A DNA stretch of 64,000 nucleotides from Cyanophyceae cyanobacterium (GTDB lineage Bacteria > Cyanobacteriota > Cyanobacteriia > Cyanobacteriales > JBHJGN01), in NCBI GenBank assembly GCA_050331735.1, contig JBHJGN010000066.1, positions 1 through 64,000 of the forward strand. The letters run 5' to 3'. The notes below the pieces were generated by a model that was not told the origin of the DNA, ran no database searches, and worked only from the letters and a program-made list of their open reading frames with translations. Each line of letters begins with the position of its first letter. The stretch's first letter is position 1. Below, in pieces: positions 20,877 through 29,662 of this stretch. A program made the translations under genes and the position numbers.

Positions 20877-21644
20877 ATGAATCAGATGGATGAAATTCCA
20901 GAAGCACTGCGAGAGCAGCCAAGCACTGCCCAATCATCACGACGAGGAGCACTCATTGCTGTAGCAGCATTGGGACTAGGAGCCATTTCTGTGTCTGGAT
21001 TCTTGTTACTCAAACCCTCTCCGAATGAAGAATCTGCCGCTGCTCCTCCCACCGGGGTTCCCAGTGCCGAACCAGAGACGGAGGCAGCACCAGAAGACCC
21101 GGATGATACCAGTGTAGATAATCTTCTCGGACATTTACCCTACGAGGAAGTGCCGACCTCAGAGCTGGTAGCAGTCACACCGGATGGCAGTATCCGCCTC
21201 AAAGCAGCAGCAGCAGAAAAATTTCTTCAAATGCAGGCGGCGGCGCAGGCAGAGGGAATCGTTTTAGCTCCGCTTTCTGGCTTTCGCTCCGTTGCTGAGC
21301 AAGACTACTTATTTTTTGGGGTCAAAGAGCAGCGCGGACAAGGAGCCGCGCAACGGGCAGAAGTCAGCGCTCCCCCTGGCTACAGCGAACACCACACTGG
21401 CTACGCCATCGATATCGGCGACGGACGCGCCCCAGCAACCCATCTTACCCCCGGTTTTGAAAAGACAGCGGCTTTCCGCTGGCTAGAGCAAAATGCTCCG
21501 CGATATAGTTTTGAACTCTCCTTTCCCCGCGATAACCCCCAAGGCATTAGCTACGAGCCCTGGCACTGGCGCTTCGTTGGCGACAGTCAAAGCCTCAAAA
21601 CTTTCTACAAAACCAAACCCCTCCCATCAACCACAGAGAAATAA
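20877..21644 (+). CDS. M15B (VanY-like) D-Ala-D-Ala carboxypeptidase
   Basis: SGFRS, SAPPGYSEHHTGYAID, YEPWHWR; N-terminal TM anchor. Confidence 0.92.
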   Translation: MNQMDEIPEALREQPSTAQSSRRGALIAVAALGLGAISVSGFLLLKPSPNEESAAAPPTGVPSAEPETEAAPEDPDDTSVDNLLGHLPYEEVPTSELVAVTPDGSIRLKAAAAEKFLQMQAAAQAEGIVLAPLSGFRSVAEQDYLFFGVKEQRGQGAAQRAEVSAPPGYSEHHTGYAIDIGDGRAPATHLTPGFEKTAAFRWLEQNAPRYSFELSFPRDNPQGISYEPWHWRFVGDSQSLKTFYKTKPLPSTTEK

Positions 21645-21736
21645 CAACGAGCGTATTTGCCTTCGGCAAGCTATTAGCTGTTAGCCTGAGAAAGCTAAAA
21701 GCGAAGAGCTATTGATCAATCGACTCCGAATTTCCT

Positions 21737-22558
21737 ATGACTAACTATCAAATTGACGAGCGCGAATGGTGGGTCCAGCGATGGCTGGAATTGTTAGATT
21801 CTTACCGCTTTAAAAAGCGTCTAGAAAGGGCACGGACCTACGCCAGAGAAGGTAACGTTCTCAGTATTGATTTTGAAGGAGCGCAGGTATTGGCCAAGGT
21901 ACAGGGAAGCGAAGCAGAACCGTATCAAGTCTCTTTAGCGATCGCTCCGTTTACCGATGAAGACTGGCGCTATCTCATTGAAACCATGTCCGAGCGGGCC
22001 ATTTATTCGGCCCAACTGCTGGCCGGAGAGATGCCGGCTAACATCGAAGAGGTGTTCATTGCTAACGGCTTGAGCCTCTTTCCCTATACTCTTTCGGATA
22101 TTCGCGCTCGCTGTACCTGTCCTGATAAAGCCAATCCCTGCAAACATATTGGTGCGGTTTACTATCAGTTAGGCGATCGCTTTAGCGAAGATCCGTTTGT
22201 GCTCTTTCAGCTCCGGGGACGAACCAAAGCACAAATTTTAGAGGCTCTGCGTCAGGTGAGGCCCAGCGCTGGCGAAGCACCGCACCAGGCGGATAGGCCA
22301 GCATCTGCGCCAGAGTCAACCGCCACCCCCGTAGCCGTAGAGACTCCTCCCTGGAAGCAATTTTGGGACTATCATGAACCGCTAGAGTCCTCTTTAGTCG
22401 TCATTGCTCCTCCGCCTGAAAGCAAAACCCCTCTAGATATTCTCGGACCCATGCCCCTCGCCGCCACCGATGCGCAAGCCGTTAGACAGTTTCTTCAGCA
22501 AGCCTACTCAACAGCAAGTCAGCAGGCTATTATAACAGCGATGAGCAACGAACAGTAA
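21737..22558 (+). CDS. SWIM zinc finger protein
   Basis: RLERARTYAR, CTCPD..NPCKH, DPFVLFQLRG. Confidence 0.9.
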   Translation: MTNYQIDEREWWVQRWLELLDSYRFKKRLERARTYAREGNVLSIDFEGAQVLAKVQGSEAEPYQVSLAIAPFTDEDWRYLIETMSERAIYSAQLLAGEMPANIEEVFIANGLSLFPYTLSDIRARCTCPDKANPCKHIGAVYYQLGDRFSEDPFVLFQLRGRTKAQILEALRQVRPSAGEAPHQADRPASAPESTATPVAVETPPWKQFWDYHEPLESSLVVIAPPPESKTPLDILGPMPLAATDAQAVRQFLQQAYSTASQQAIITAMSNEQ

Positions 22559-22617
22559 AGAAGGCCGGTCACTTGTTCTTTGTAACAGTCACCAATGACT
22601 CATGACCAACAGCTAAA

Positions 22618-23538
22618 ATGCCGTATTTGCAAGAGCCGAGTGCTATTAGAGAAGCGATCGCCTGCTGCGCGCAAGCGGACGTTCTGTGGTTAGATACTGA
22701 AGTCGCCGAGCATCAGACAGAGCACCCAAAACTATCCCTGATTCAGGTTTTAACCGATGCTCAGGACCGTACTGGCGAGCGCGTTTTGATCTTCGACGTG
22801 CTAGAACAGCCGCAGCTAGTTCGTGAATTCATTGACCAGATTATGCTCAATGCAGCCATCGAAAAGGTGTTCCACAATGCTAGTTACGATGTTCGGTTTT
22901 TGGGGAAGCGGAAGGGACATAACATAACCTGTACTCTAGAAATGGCGAGGAAACTGCCTTACTATTTGGTCTCTGTTCCCAACTGTCAGCTCAAAACCCT
23001 AGCTGAACACCTCTGTCACTTTTCCCCGATAGACGTGACCGAACAAACAGGAGCTTGGGGTCAACGACCGCTGACAGCCCAGCAGCTTCACTATGCCAAA
23101 ATGGACCCAGTTTATGTAGCGCAGGTACACCAGCGCTTGAGGCAGCTTGCTAGCTTCAGCAACCCAGACCCGGAAACAGAAGATATTGCCGCTCTAACGC
23201 TGCGCTATCGGCAGATCGAGGAACGCTGGAAGCAGCTCAATACAGAAATTGAGCATCTCAAGAAAAGGCTCAAACGAGCGATGGAGTCTCAACAGGTTCT
23301 GGAAGTAGAGGGGTTTAAACTATCTCGCTCTCGAAGAACTAAAAAAAAGGTTTCTGTCATGAAGTTAGTCGAGGCAATGGAGGCGGCTCGTCTAGACACC
23401 GATTTTTCACTCGAATTGACTAAAGATATGCAGAAAGAGCTGTCTGACATTATGGCACAGCTTCCGGTAGAAGAAGAGCACACAACGTATACCCGGTTGA
23501 GTGTTCAGGATATCAGTGACGAAGATGTTCCTTTTTAA
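22618..23538 (+). CDS. RNase D-like DEDDy 3'-5' exonuclease with C-terminal extension
   Basis: LDTE (ExoI), KVFHNASYD (ExoII), W..RPL..QQLHYAKMD (ExoIII). Confidence 0.85.
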   Translation: MPYLQEPSAIREAIACCAQADVLWLDTEVAEHQTEHPKLSLIQVLTDAQDRTGERVLIFDVLEQPQLVREFIDQIMLNAAIEKVFHNASYDVRFLGKRKGHNITCTLEMARKLPYYLVSVPNCQLKTLAEHLCHFSPIDVTEQTGAWGQRPLTAQQLHYAKMDPVYVAQVHQRLRQLASFSNPDPETEDIAALTLRYRQIEERWKQLNTEIEHLKKRLKRAMESQQVLEVEGFKLSRSRRTKKKVSVMKLVEAMEAARLDTDFSLELTKDMQKELSDIMAQLPVEEEHTTYTRLSVQDISDEDVPF

Positions 23539-23697
23539 GCAAGACTAAGGGGTTTGTGTTAGATTGGCTAGCAGTTTCTAGAACGCTAACTTAGCAAAAC
23601 CTCACGTAGGGGATGGAGGAATGCGCACAGAAAAACAATCACAGGCAACAATTGTTCTATGCGCTGAGGCGACTGAGGTTATTGAAGGACAGTTAGG

Positions 23698-24567
23698 ATG
23701 AGCATCACTGGCTCCCTAGAAACATTTTCTCTCCCAGAACTATTTCGAGTAATCGATACAGGCTCTAAATCTGGGCAGTTGACCATTCAATCTTCGTCTG
23801 TGACTGCCAGAGCCGGAACTTACTATCTCTGGTTTCAAAATGGTCGCTTAGTGGCGGTTAGCGATCGCGCCGACGGTCAAGGCTTAACGAACGCCATCGA
23901 AAGCCGAGGCTGGCTGAGAAGGCGCGTTCTTCAGCGGCTAACCGAATCCTGCCCGAGTGGAAAGGCTTTAGGCGTCCATCTCAACACGGAGTCGGTTTTG
24001 CAGGTCAGGCAGCTCAAGTTGCTGTTTCAAGGACAGCTTTTTCAAGTTCACAGATTGTTTGAGCTGAGTTCAGGACGCTTTAATCTCTCAGATCAAGACC
24101 GCAAGCAGACTCTGCCGTGGCTAGAAATGACGGGTATCAGTCTTCGGGCTATTGAAGTGGCCCTCTTTTGTCTGCGCCGGCTCAAAAACTGGGAAAGCTA
24201 TGCCAACCAACTTCCTCACCGGAGTTCGACTTTAGAGGCTCTGGTATCTCGTCCGGCACTACAGCTTAAAGCTCTGGAGCTACAGCTTTGGGTACTTGCC
24301 GATGGCAAAACTTCTCTCGAAACTATTACCCGGCAGGTGAATCAGCCACTCAGCGAGGTAGAGCGAGCCGCATTTCGTCTGATGGTAGCTGGTCTAGTCG
24401 AGGAAGTGCCGCACTCTCAACAACAAGTGAGACTTTTACCGGCGCGACCCCGACCGCTAGCTTCCGTTACAGCGACCACCGAACCAAAGGAGACTAGCAA
24501 ACCAGCAGAAACGGTGAGTCGTTCGTTGATTCAAAATTTAATTAACTTTTTGCGGAGTTGGTTTTAA
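23698..24567 (+). CDS. PatA_N/DUF4388 domain protein
   Basis: ITGSLETFSLPELF…KSGQL…YLWFQNGRLV N-terminus; C-terminal winged-helix-like segment. Confidence 0.82.
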   Translation: MSITGSLETFSLPELFRVIDTGSKSGQLTIQSSSVTARAGTYYLWFQNGRLVAVSDRADGQGLTNAIESRGWLRRRVLQRLTESCPSGKALGVHLNTESVLQVRQLKLLFQGQLFQVHRLFELSSGRFNLSDQDRKQTLPWLEMTGISLRAIEVALFCLRRLKNWESYANQLPHRSSTLEALVSRPALQLKALELQLWVLADGKTSLETITRQVNQPLSEVERAAFRLMVAGLVEEVPHSQQQVRLLPARPRPLASVTATTEPKETSKPAETVSRSLIQNLINFLRSWF

Positions 24568-25088
24568 TGGAACGACTGCTCATTGCCGTTACTGGACCCG
24601 TCGGCGCTGGCAAAACGAGCTTTATTCGCGCCGTTAGCGAAATTGATCCGGTAGATACAGACCGCCGCGCTACAGATGAAACAGCCTTATTAAAGCAAAC
24701 AACAACCGTCGCTCTCGATTTTGGGCGCATTACCCTTAATCCGGGACAGGTGGTCTATCTCTATGGAACTCCCGGACAGGTGCGCTTCGACTTTATGTGG
24801 GACATTCTGATTCGTAAAGTTCACGCTACCGTTCTGCTAATTGATGCTCATCGTCCCCAGAATTTTCGTAGCGGTCGGCAGTTACTCACTTTTATGAAGC
24901 AGCGCTCCTCTTTGCCAATGGTTCTTGGCGTTACCCACACAGACTGCGTAGACGCTTGGGAGCCAGAGGATGTGGCGCTGGCTCTTGGCTTAGTTAATCA
25001 GTCAAAACGTCCACCGATCCTCCGCGTTAATGCCGATAACCCTAGCTCTGTTGCCCAGTGTCTGATTACTTTACTAGAGCGAATTTAA
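24567..25088 (+). CDS. Small GTPase, MglA / conservon CvnD-like
   Basis: P-loop GPVGAGKTS, TTTVALDFG, LYGTPGQ.RFDFMW; ATG overlaps the upstream TAA. Confidence 0.88.
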   Translation: MERLLIAVTGPVGAGKTSFIRAVSEIDPVDTDRRATDETALLKQTTTVALDFGRITLNPGQVVYLYGTPGQVRFDFMWDILIRKVHATVLLIDAHRPQNFRSGRQLLTFMKQRSSLPMVLGVTHTDCVDAWEPEDVALALGLVNQSKRPPILRVNADNPSSVAQCLITLLERI

Positions 25089-25222
25089 GGCAGATTCGGT
25101 TTCCGAGGCGAGGAGTTGCGCAGCAGACGGTCAAAAGATAGGTATACTATCTGGTAATTATTGTGATGTAGGGTAATGAGTAAATCCCATGACATTCAGA
25201 TAGAGATCCTCTCAGTCGATCT

Positions 25223-25765
25223 ATGACATCCAATGTTCCCCCACCCGACCCTCCGGCCTCGGCTAACGACGAGGAAGGACCATGGCTGAATTTAGTTCGT
25301 CGCGTACGAGAGGCCTTCAGCCCTGTTGATGATTGGGTATCAGACTCTCAGACTCTCGACGTTTCTACCAACCGTTTATCCCCTCAGAAGACACCAATGA
25401 TTCAAGCCTCAGCCATTAAGGATACTTTACAAAATTTCGTGAGCAGCACGACCGATATCCAAGGAGCCGCCCTCGTCAGTCCCGACGGTCTGCCGTTGAC
25501 TTCGGTTCTGCCTGCCAGTATGGATGAAGAACGGACATCAGCCATGTCCGCAGCGATGCTGTCATTAGGCGAAAGAATCGGTCAGGAACTTTCTCGAGGC
25601 GTACTAGAACGCATTTTTGTTGAGGGCGAAAAAGGCTATAGCGTGTTGATTGGCTGTGGCGAAGACGCGGTTTTGCTGATTTTAGCAAGTAAAGAGGCTA
25701 AGCAGGGACTCCTGTTTCTAGAAATCAAGCGGCTAGTAAGAGAAATTACTCCGCTGATTACCTGA
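25223..25765 (+). CDS. Roadblock/LC7 (MglB-like) protein
   Basis: GAALVSPDGL, SAMSAAMLSLGERI, VEGEKGY; alternative start at ATG 25397. Confidence 0.88.
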   Translation: MTSNVPPPDPPASANDEEGPWLNLVRRVREAFSPVDDWVSDSQTLDVSTNRLSPQKTPMIQASAIKDTLQNFVSSTTDIQGAALVSPDGLPLTSVLPASMDEERTSAMSAAMLSLGERIGQELSRGVLERIFVEGEKGYSVLIGCGEDAVLLILASKEAKQGLLFLEIKRLVREITPLIT

Positions 25766-25806
25766 ATAGATAATTGAGCACCTGAGCAATAGGATAGAGA
25801 AGATTT

Positions 25807-26265
25807 ATGCTGCGTCAAACCCTCGGAAATTTTAGCAGTGTTGTTTGCCTAAAAGCAATTATTACAGGCAGGGAAGATGCGCTGGCGAACGAGCTACGGC
25901 GATCGCGCTCAAGTCGGCAGGGCGGACCAGAGGCAAAACGTTAATTACTGAGCTGGGCTTAACGGGGACGAAGCTCTCTTGGGATGAAGTGGCCATCAAG
26001 CTGAACTAGGCACTGGGTAAAGACGGCACTCGCCTCTACATCATCGATCAAATTGAGCAGGCAGGCGACGTGATGGAAGTTTATACGCGAGAAACGAGCT
26101 GTTCGACAGACGAACCCCCGGGGTCGGAGCGCCAATGTCCCTATACCCTAGGAGCCGTGTGGGGGGGCACTAGAGCAAGTTTTAGGAAAGCGGCGAGGCA
26201 TGCATACTGAGTCGGTGCTGCGAGGGGGCACTCATGATATGTTTGAATTTACCGAGATCATTTAG
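25807..26265 (+). pseudogene. V4R-domain (hydrocarbon-binding) protein pseudogene
   Basis: Manual translation: MLRQTLGNFSSVVCLKAII…/ERATAIALKSAGRTRG…KLN*ALGKDGTRL…ETSCS…CPYTLGAVWG/ALEQVLG…TESVLRGGTHDMFEF; two frameshifts plus TAG at 26007. Confidence 0.75.
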
Positions 26266-26272
26266 GACCAGC

Positions 26273-27109
26273 TTATAAACATCGCAGACTTTGAATCACT
26301 CCCTCACAAACTCCTGCCAAAAAATCCCCATCCAGGGTCGCTACCGTATCGCTCGCTCGATGATAATGGGGATTTCTTAAAAACGCAGTATCTGTTACCA
26401 TCACTGCCGGATAGCCTCGATCCCAAAACGGCGCGTGGTCGCTCCAGCGGGTCTGAGGCACCCAGATACCGCGATTGGGCACGGGCAACCACTCGCAAGG
26501 GACTCCGGATGATTTTAGCGTACGGCTAAGACGAACTAAATCAGGAATGGTAGCTAAACTGCCCACTAAAGCAATAAAGTTACCTCGATGGGGGTAAAAG
26601 TACCGTAATCCTGCTGGGTACTGCTGGGAACGAGGAGAGCGATCGCAGTAGCCGAGCATCTCCAGCGAAAACATCAGCCGGAGCTGTTGCCCCTGCTGCT
26701 TGAGCTCAGCGGCATAGGCAGAACTGCCCAACAAGCCGTACTCTTCCATGTCAAAGGCAACGAGCCGCACCGGATATTTCAGCGGATTCAGTGCCAGTGC
26801 TGGGGCTATCTCCAGCAGCACAGCGACGCCGGTGGCGTTATCGTCAGCTCCGGGGGTTCCCGGTACAGCATCGTAGTGAGCGCCAATTAGAATCGGCGGC
26901 AGCTTCTGGTTTGACCCCGGCAGATCGAGAATAAGATTAGTGTGAGTTTTCCCCCGAACCTCGAAGTCATGAGTTGCCACCGTTCCCCACTGCTGAAGCT
27001 GTTGGCGAACATATTGCTGCACGTAAAAGTGGCCCGCCGAGGCTAAATAAGGATCGCGTTCTCGGACAATTTCAATCAGGTGGCTGTGGAGGCGGGCTTC
27101 TAGACTCAA
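26273..27109 (-). CDS. M28 family metallopeptidase
   Basis: GAHYDA, PGADDNATG, DMEEYG, SDHAPF, PHYH. Confidence 0.9.
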   Translation of the reverse strand: MSLEARLHSHLIEIVRERDPYLASAGHFYVQQYVRQQLQQWGTVATHDFEVRGKTHTNLILDLPGSNQKLPPILIGAHYDAVPGTPGADDNATGVAVLLEIAPALALNPLKYPVRLVAFDMEEYGLLGSSAYAAELKQQGQQLRLMFSLEMLGYCDRSPRSQQYPAGLRYFYPHRGNFIALVGSLATIPDLVRLSRTLKSSGVPCEWLPVPNRGIWVPQTRWSDHAPFWDRGYPAVMVTDTAFLRNPHYHRASDTVATLDGDFLAGVCEGVIQSLRCL

Positions 27110-27249
27110 CTCTCTCTCGCAGAATACTTAAATAACCTATAGAGCAAAAATTTACCCGTTTTTTACTTTTCCTCTCTATTCTTTGATAACAGGCTTAGGT
27201 GTATCTTTGGCGGCTCGTTCGTATAGCTGGCGTTCGAGCTGCTTTTTTC

Positions 27250-28755
27250 TTAGCTAACGGTACGAATCGCCTCCAGCAAGCCTCTCGCCTTATTCAGCGT
27301 TTCTTGGTACTCCGCCTCTGGGTCGGAATCGGCGACCAAACCCGCTCCGGCCTGCACCGAAACGAGGTGCTGCCCTGACCGAGGACGAACGATCATCGTC
27401 CGGATAGCGATCGCGCTATTAAGCTGGCCTTCAAACCCATAGTAGCCGTACACCCCCGAGTAGGGACCGCGCCGTTCTGGCTCTAGCTCGTGAATAATTT
27501 CCATCGCCCGAATTTTAGGAGCGCCGCTGACGGTTCCGGCGGGAAAGCAGGCTTTGAGCAAATCCCAGGCCGACCGCCCGGGCGCTAAGGCTCCAACCAC
27601 ATTGCTAACGATGTGCATCACGTGGGAGTAGCGTTCGATCGCCATCAGTTCGTCCACGCGGACGCTGCCCGACGCGCAGACTCTGCCAAGGTCATTGCGT
27701 CCTAAATCGACCAGCATGACGTGTTCGGCAATCTCTTTCGGGTCTTGCAGCAGCTCTTGGGCGAACGCTTCGTCTGCGGCGCTGGTTTGGCCTCTCGGTC
27801 TCGTTCCCGCAATGGGTCTGACCGTTGCTAGGGTTTGCCCATTGGCTCGTTCTGCCTTTACCATTACCTCTGGGCTAGAGCCGATAATTTGCCAATCGCC
27901 AAAGTTGAAATACGCCATGTATGGAGAAGGATTGATCTGGCGCAGGGAGCGGTAGAGAGTGAAGGGTTCGCCGCTGTACTGAGCCCGCAGTCGCTGAGAA
28001 ATGACGACCTGAAAGATATCGCCAGCGCGAATATACTCCTTGGCTTTGCGAACGTTGTCGCAAAACTGTGCTCGCCCGACGTTACTTTCATAGTTCACCT
28101 GGGCTGAAGCGTAGTTCATTTCTAGGGGTTTTGCCTCTACTGGAAGCGGAGACTGGAGCTTGAGGACGAGATTGGCCACGGCCTGACAGGCTTGCTGGTA
28201 AGCCGATGACAGGTCGATGCCGTCGCTCCGCAAATCAGCGTAGGCGATCGCCCAGATTTTTCGCTTCACCTGATCGAACACAATCAGGCGATCGATCTGC
28301 ATCCACACTCCATCGGGCAAATCAGCGTCCGTCGCTGCATAGATTGGCACTCTTGGCTCAATCCAGCGAATCAGCTCGTAGCCCCAAAACCCGTAGAGAC
28401 CACCGATTTTGAAGGGAAGCTGCGGCAAATTGACCGGATGAATCGGAGCTAAGCAGTCGGCCAGAACCTGAAAGGGATTGCCTGCAAACCGCTTCACCGA
28501 GCCATCTCGATGCTGTTGGGTGGTTGTTTCTCCTGTGGTTGTCAGTACCCACACCGGATCGCACCCCAAAGCGCTGTAGCGTCCAATTGTCTCGCCCCCT
28601 TCTACCGACTCGAGCAAAAAGCTGTAGGGTTGACCGGCACAAATTTTGTACCAAGCCGAGACGGGAGTTTCGAGATCGGCGACCCATTCCTGGTAAACTG
28701 GCACAAAATTACCCTGCTGGGCTAGTTGAGAAAACTCAGAATAACTGGGAAACAT
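27250..28755 (-). CDS. trpE: Anthranilate synthase component I
   Basis: LLESVEGG, GDIFQVV, NPSPYM, PIAGTRPRG, EHVMLVDLGRND, GTVSGAPK. Confidence 0.96.
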   Translation of the reverse strand: MFPSYSEFSQLAQQGNFVPVYQEWVADLETPVSAWYKICAGQPYSFLLESVEGGETIGRYSALGCDPVWVLTTTGETTTQQHRDGSVKRFAGNPFQVLADCLAPIHPVNLPQLPFKIGGLYGFWGYELIRWIEPRVPIYAATDADLPDGVWMQIDRLIVFDQVKRKIWAIAYADLRSDGIDLSSAYQQACQAVANLVLKLQSPLPVEAKPLEMNYASAQVNYESNVGRAQFCDNVRKAKEYIRAGDIFQVVISQRLRAQYSGEPFTLYRSLRQINPSPYMAYFNFGDWQIIGSSPEVMVKAERANGQTLATVRPIAGTRPRGQTSAADEAFAQELLQDPKEIAEHVMLVDLGRNDLGRVCASGSVRVDELMAIERYSHVMHIVSNVVGALAPGRSAWDLLKACFPAGTVSGAPKIRAMEIIHELEPERRGPYSGVYGYYGFEGQLNSAIAIRTMIVRPRSGQHLVSVQAGAGLVADSDPEAEYQETLNKARGLLEAIRTVS

Positions 28756-28838
28756 CGGGGGATTAAGCGAAGCTGAGAGCGGAACGAAATTTCATTCAAG
28801 AGCTGTTATGGCAGGAGTTAGAAGTCAAATTGACGCTG

Positions 28839-29043
28839 ACTAGCTTTTAACCGTCACTCCCTCCTCGTCTTTCTAGCGATCGCTAGAGCAAAACAATGGT
28901 TTTTCCTGGACAGCTAATAAATTGAGATGCGCCAAACTATTTCACTATTCAACAGTGAAATAGTTTGGCGCGGGACGGAGACTTACTACTTACCGGTAGC
29001 TCGCCACTCCCTTGGATAGGAAACTGAAACCCGAAAAGCTGAT
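28839..29043 (-). ncRNA. ssrS: Probable 6S RNA
   Basis: About 205-nt rod by manual folding: closing AGCTTTT/AAAAGCT, central bubble with an internal hairpin, AGTGG/CCATT, AGTAGTAAGT/ATTTATTAGCT, long apical stem. CATCTCAATTTA…CCAGGAAAAACCA resembles cyanobacterial 6S as recalled. Confidence 0.65.
28929..28971. repeat. Perfect 18-bp inverted repeat with 7-nt loop
   Basis: GCGCCAAACTATTTCACT-attcaac-AGTGAAATAGTTTGGCGC. Confidence 0.95.
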
Positions 29044-29112
29044 AGCTAACTGCTAACGGCCTTTAAAAGGACGAAAAGCTCCCTTCATCCTTAATTTTGA
29101 GTTTTGGCCCTG

Positions 29113-29541
29113 CTAGACATCGTAAGTTTTCTTTCCAGAGAACTTCAGCGTTGCCGGTTCAGGGTTGCTGCCAATATTTCTATCCCGCTTACCCACGTAG
29201 GGTCGTCCTTCGTTGACTTTTTCTGGAAAGACCCCATCGGCTGGGTGTAGGTATTGAATCTCGCCGCTCGGATAAATTCGGTAAATTTTGTAATCTTCTA
29301 GCTTGGGCTTAAAGTTAGTCCTAAACTGTGCTCCCAGAGCTAAACAGTGTTCTTTGCGAGCGAGGTAGAGGAGATTTTTGCCTTCGTGCATGATTGCCGC
29401 TCCACCCGTTGGCATTTCAAACACCTGCTCTTTAGGGCTCGTCCAGGTAATCGCGTATTTTTCTTCGACGATAGCTTTAGTGAGCAAGCCGCCGGTGCTG
29501 CCACCAAACTTCGGGGTTTTTCCAGAAAGTTCTTCTGCCAT
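29113..29541 (-). CDS. psaD: Photosystem I subunit II
   Basis: [38 protein letters not shown]. Confidence 0.99.
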   Translation of the reverse strand: MAEELSGKTPKFGGSTGGLLTKAIVEEKYAITWTSPKEQVFEMPTGGAAIMHEGKNLLYLARKEHCLALGAQFRTNFKPKLEDYKIYRIYPSGEIQYLHPADGVFPEKVNEGRPYVGKRDRNIGSNPEPATLKFSGKKTYDV

Positions 29542-29662
29542 AACTATATTTCAACAGTATTTTAGGGAATGCTATCACTGAGACTGTCTTGATTGAGCAG
29601 GCTTGTCAAGAACTGTAACAGTTTGTCATCGAATTGGAGACAGGGAGTGAAAGCAACGTTTT

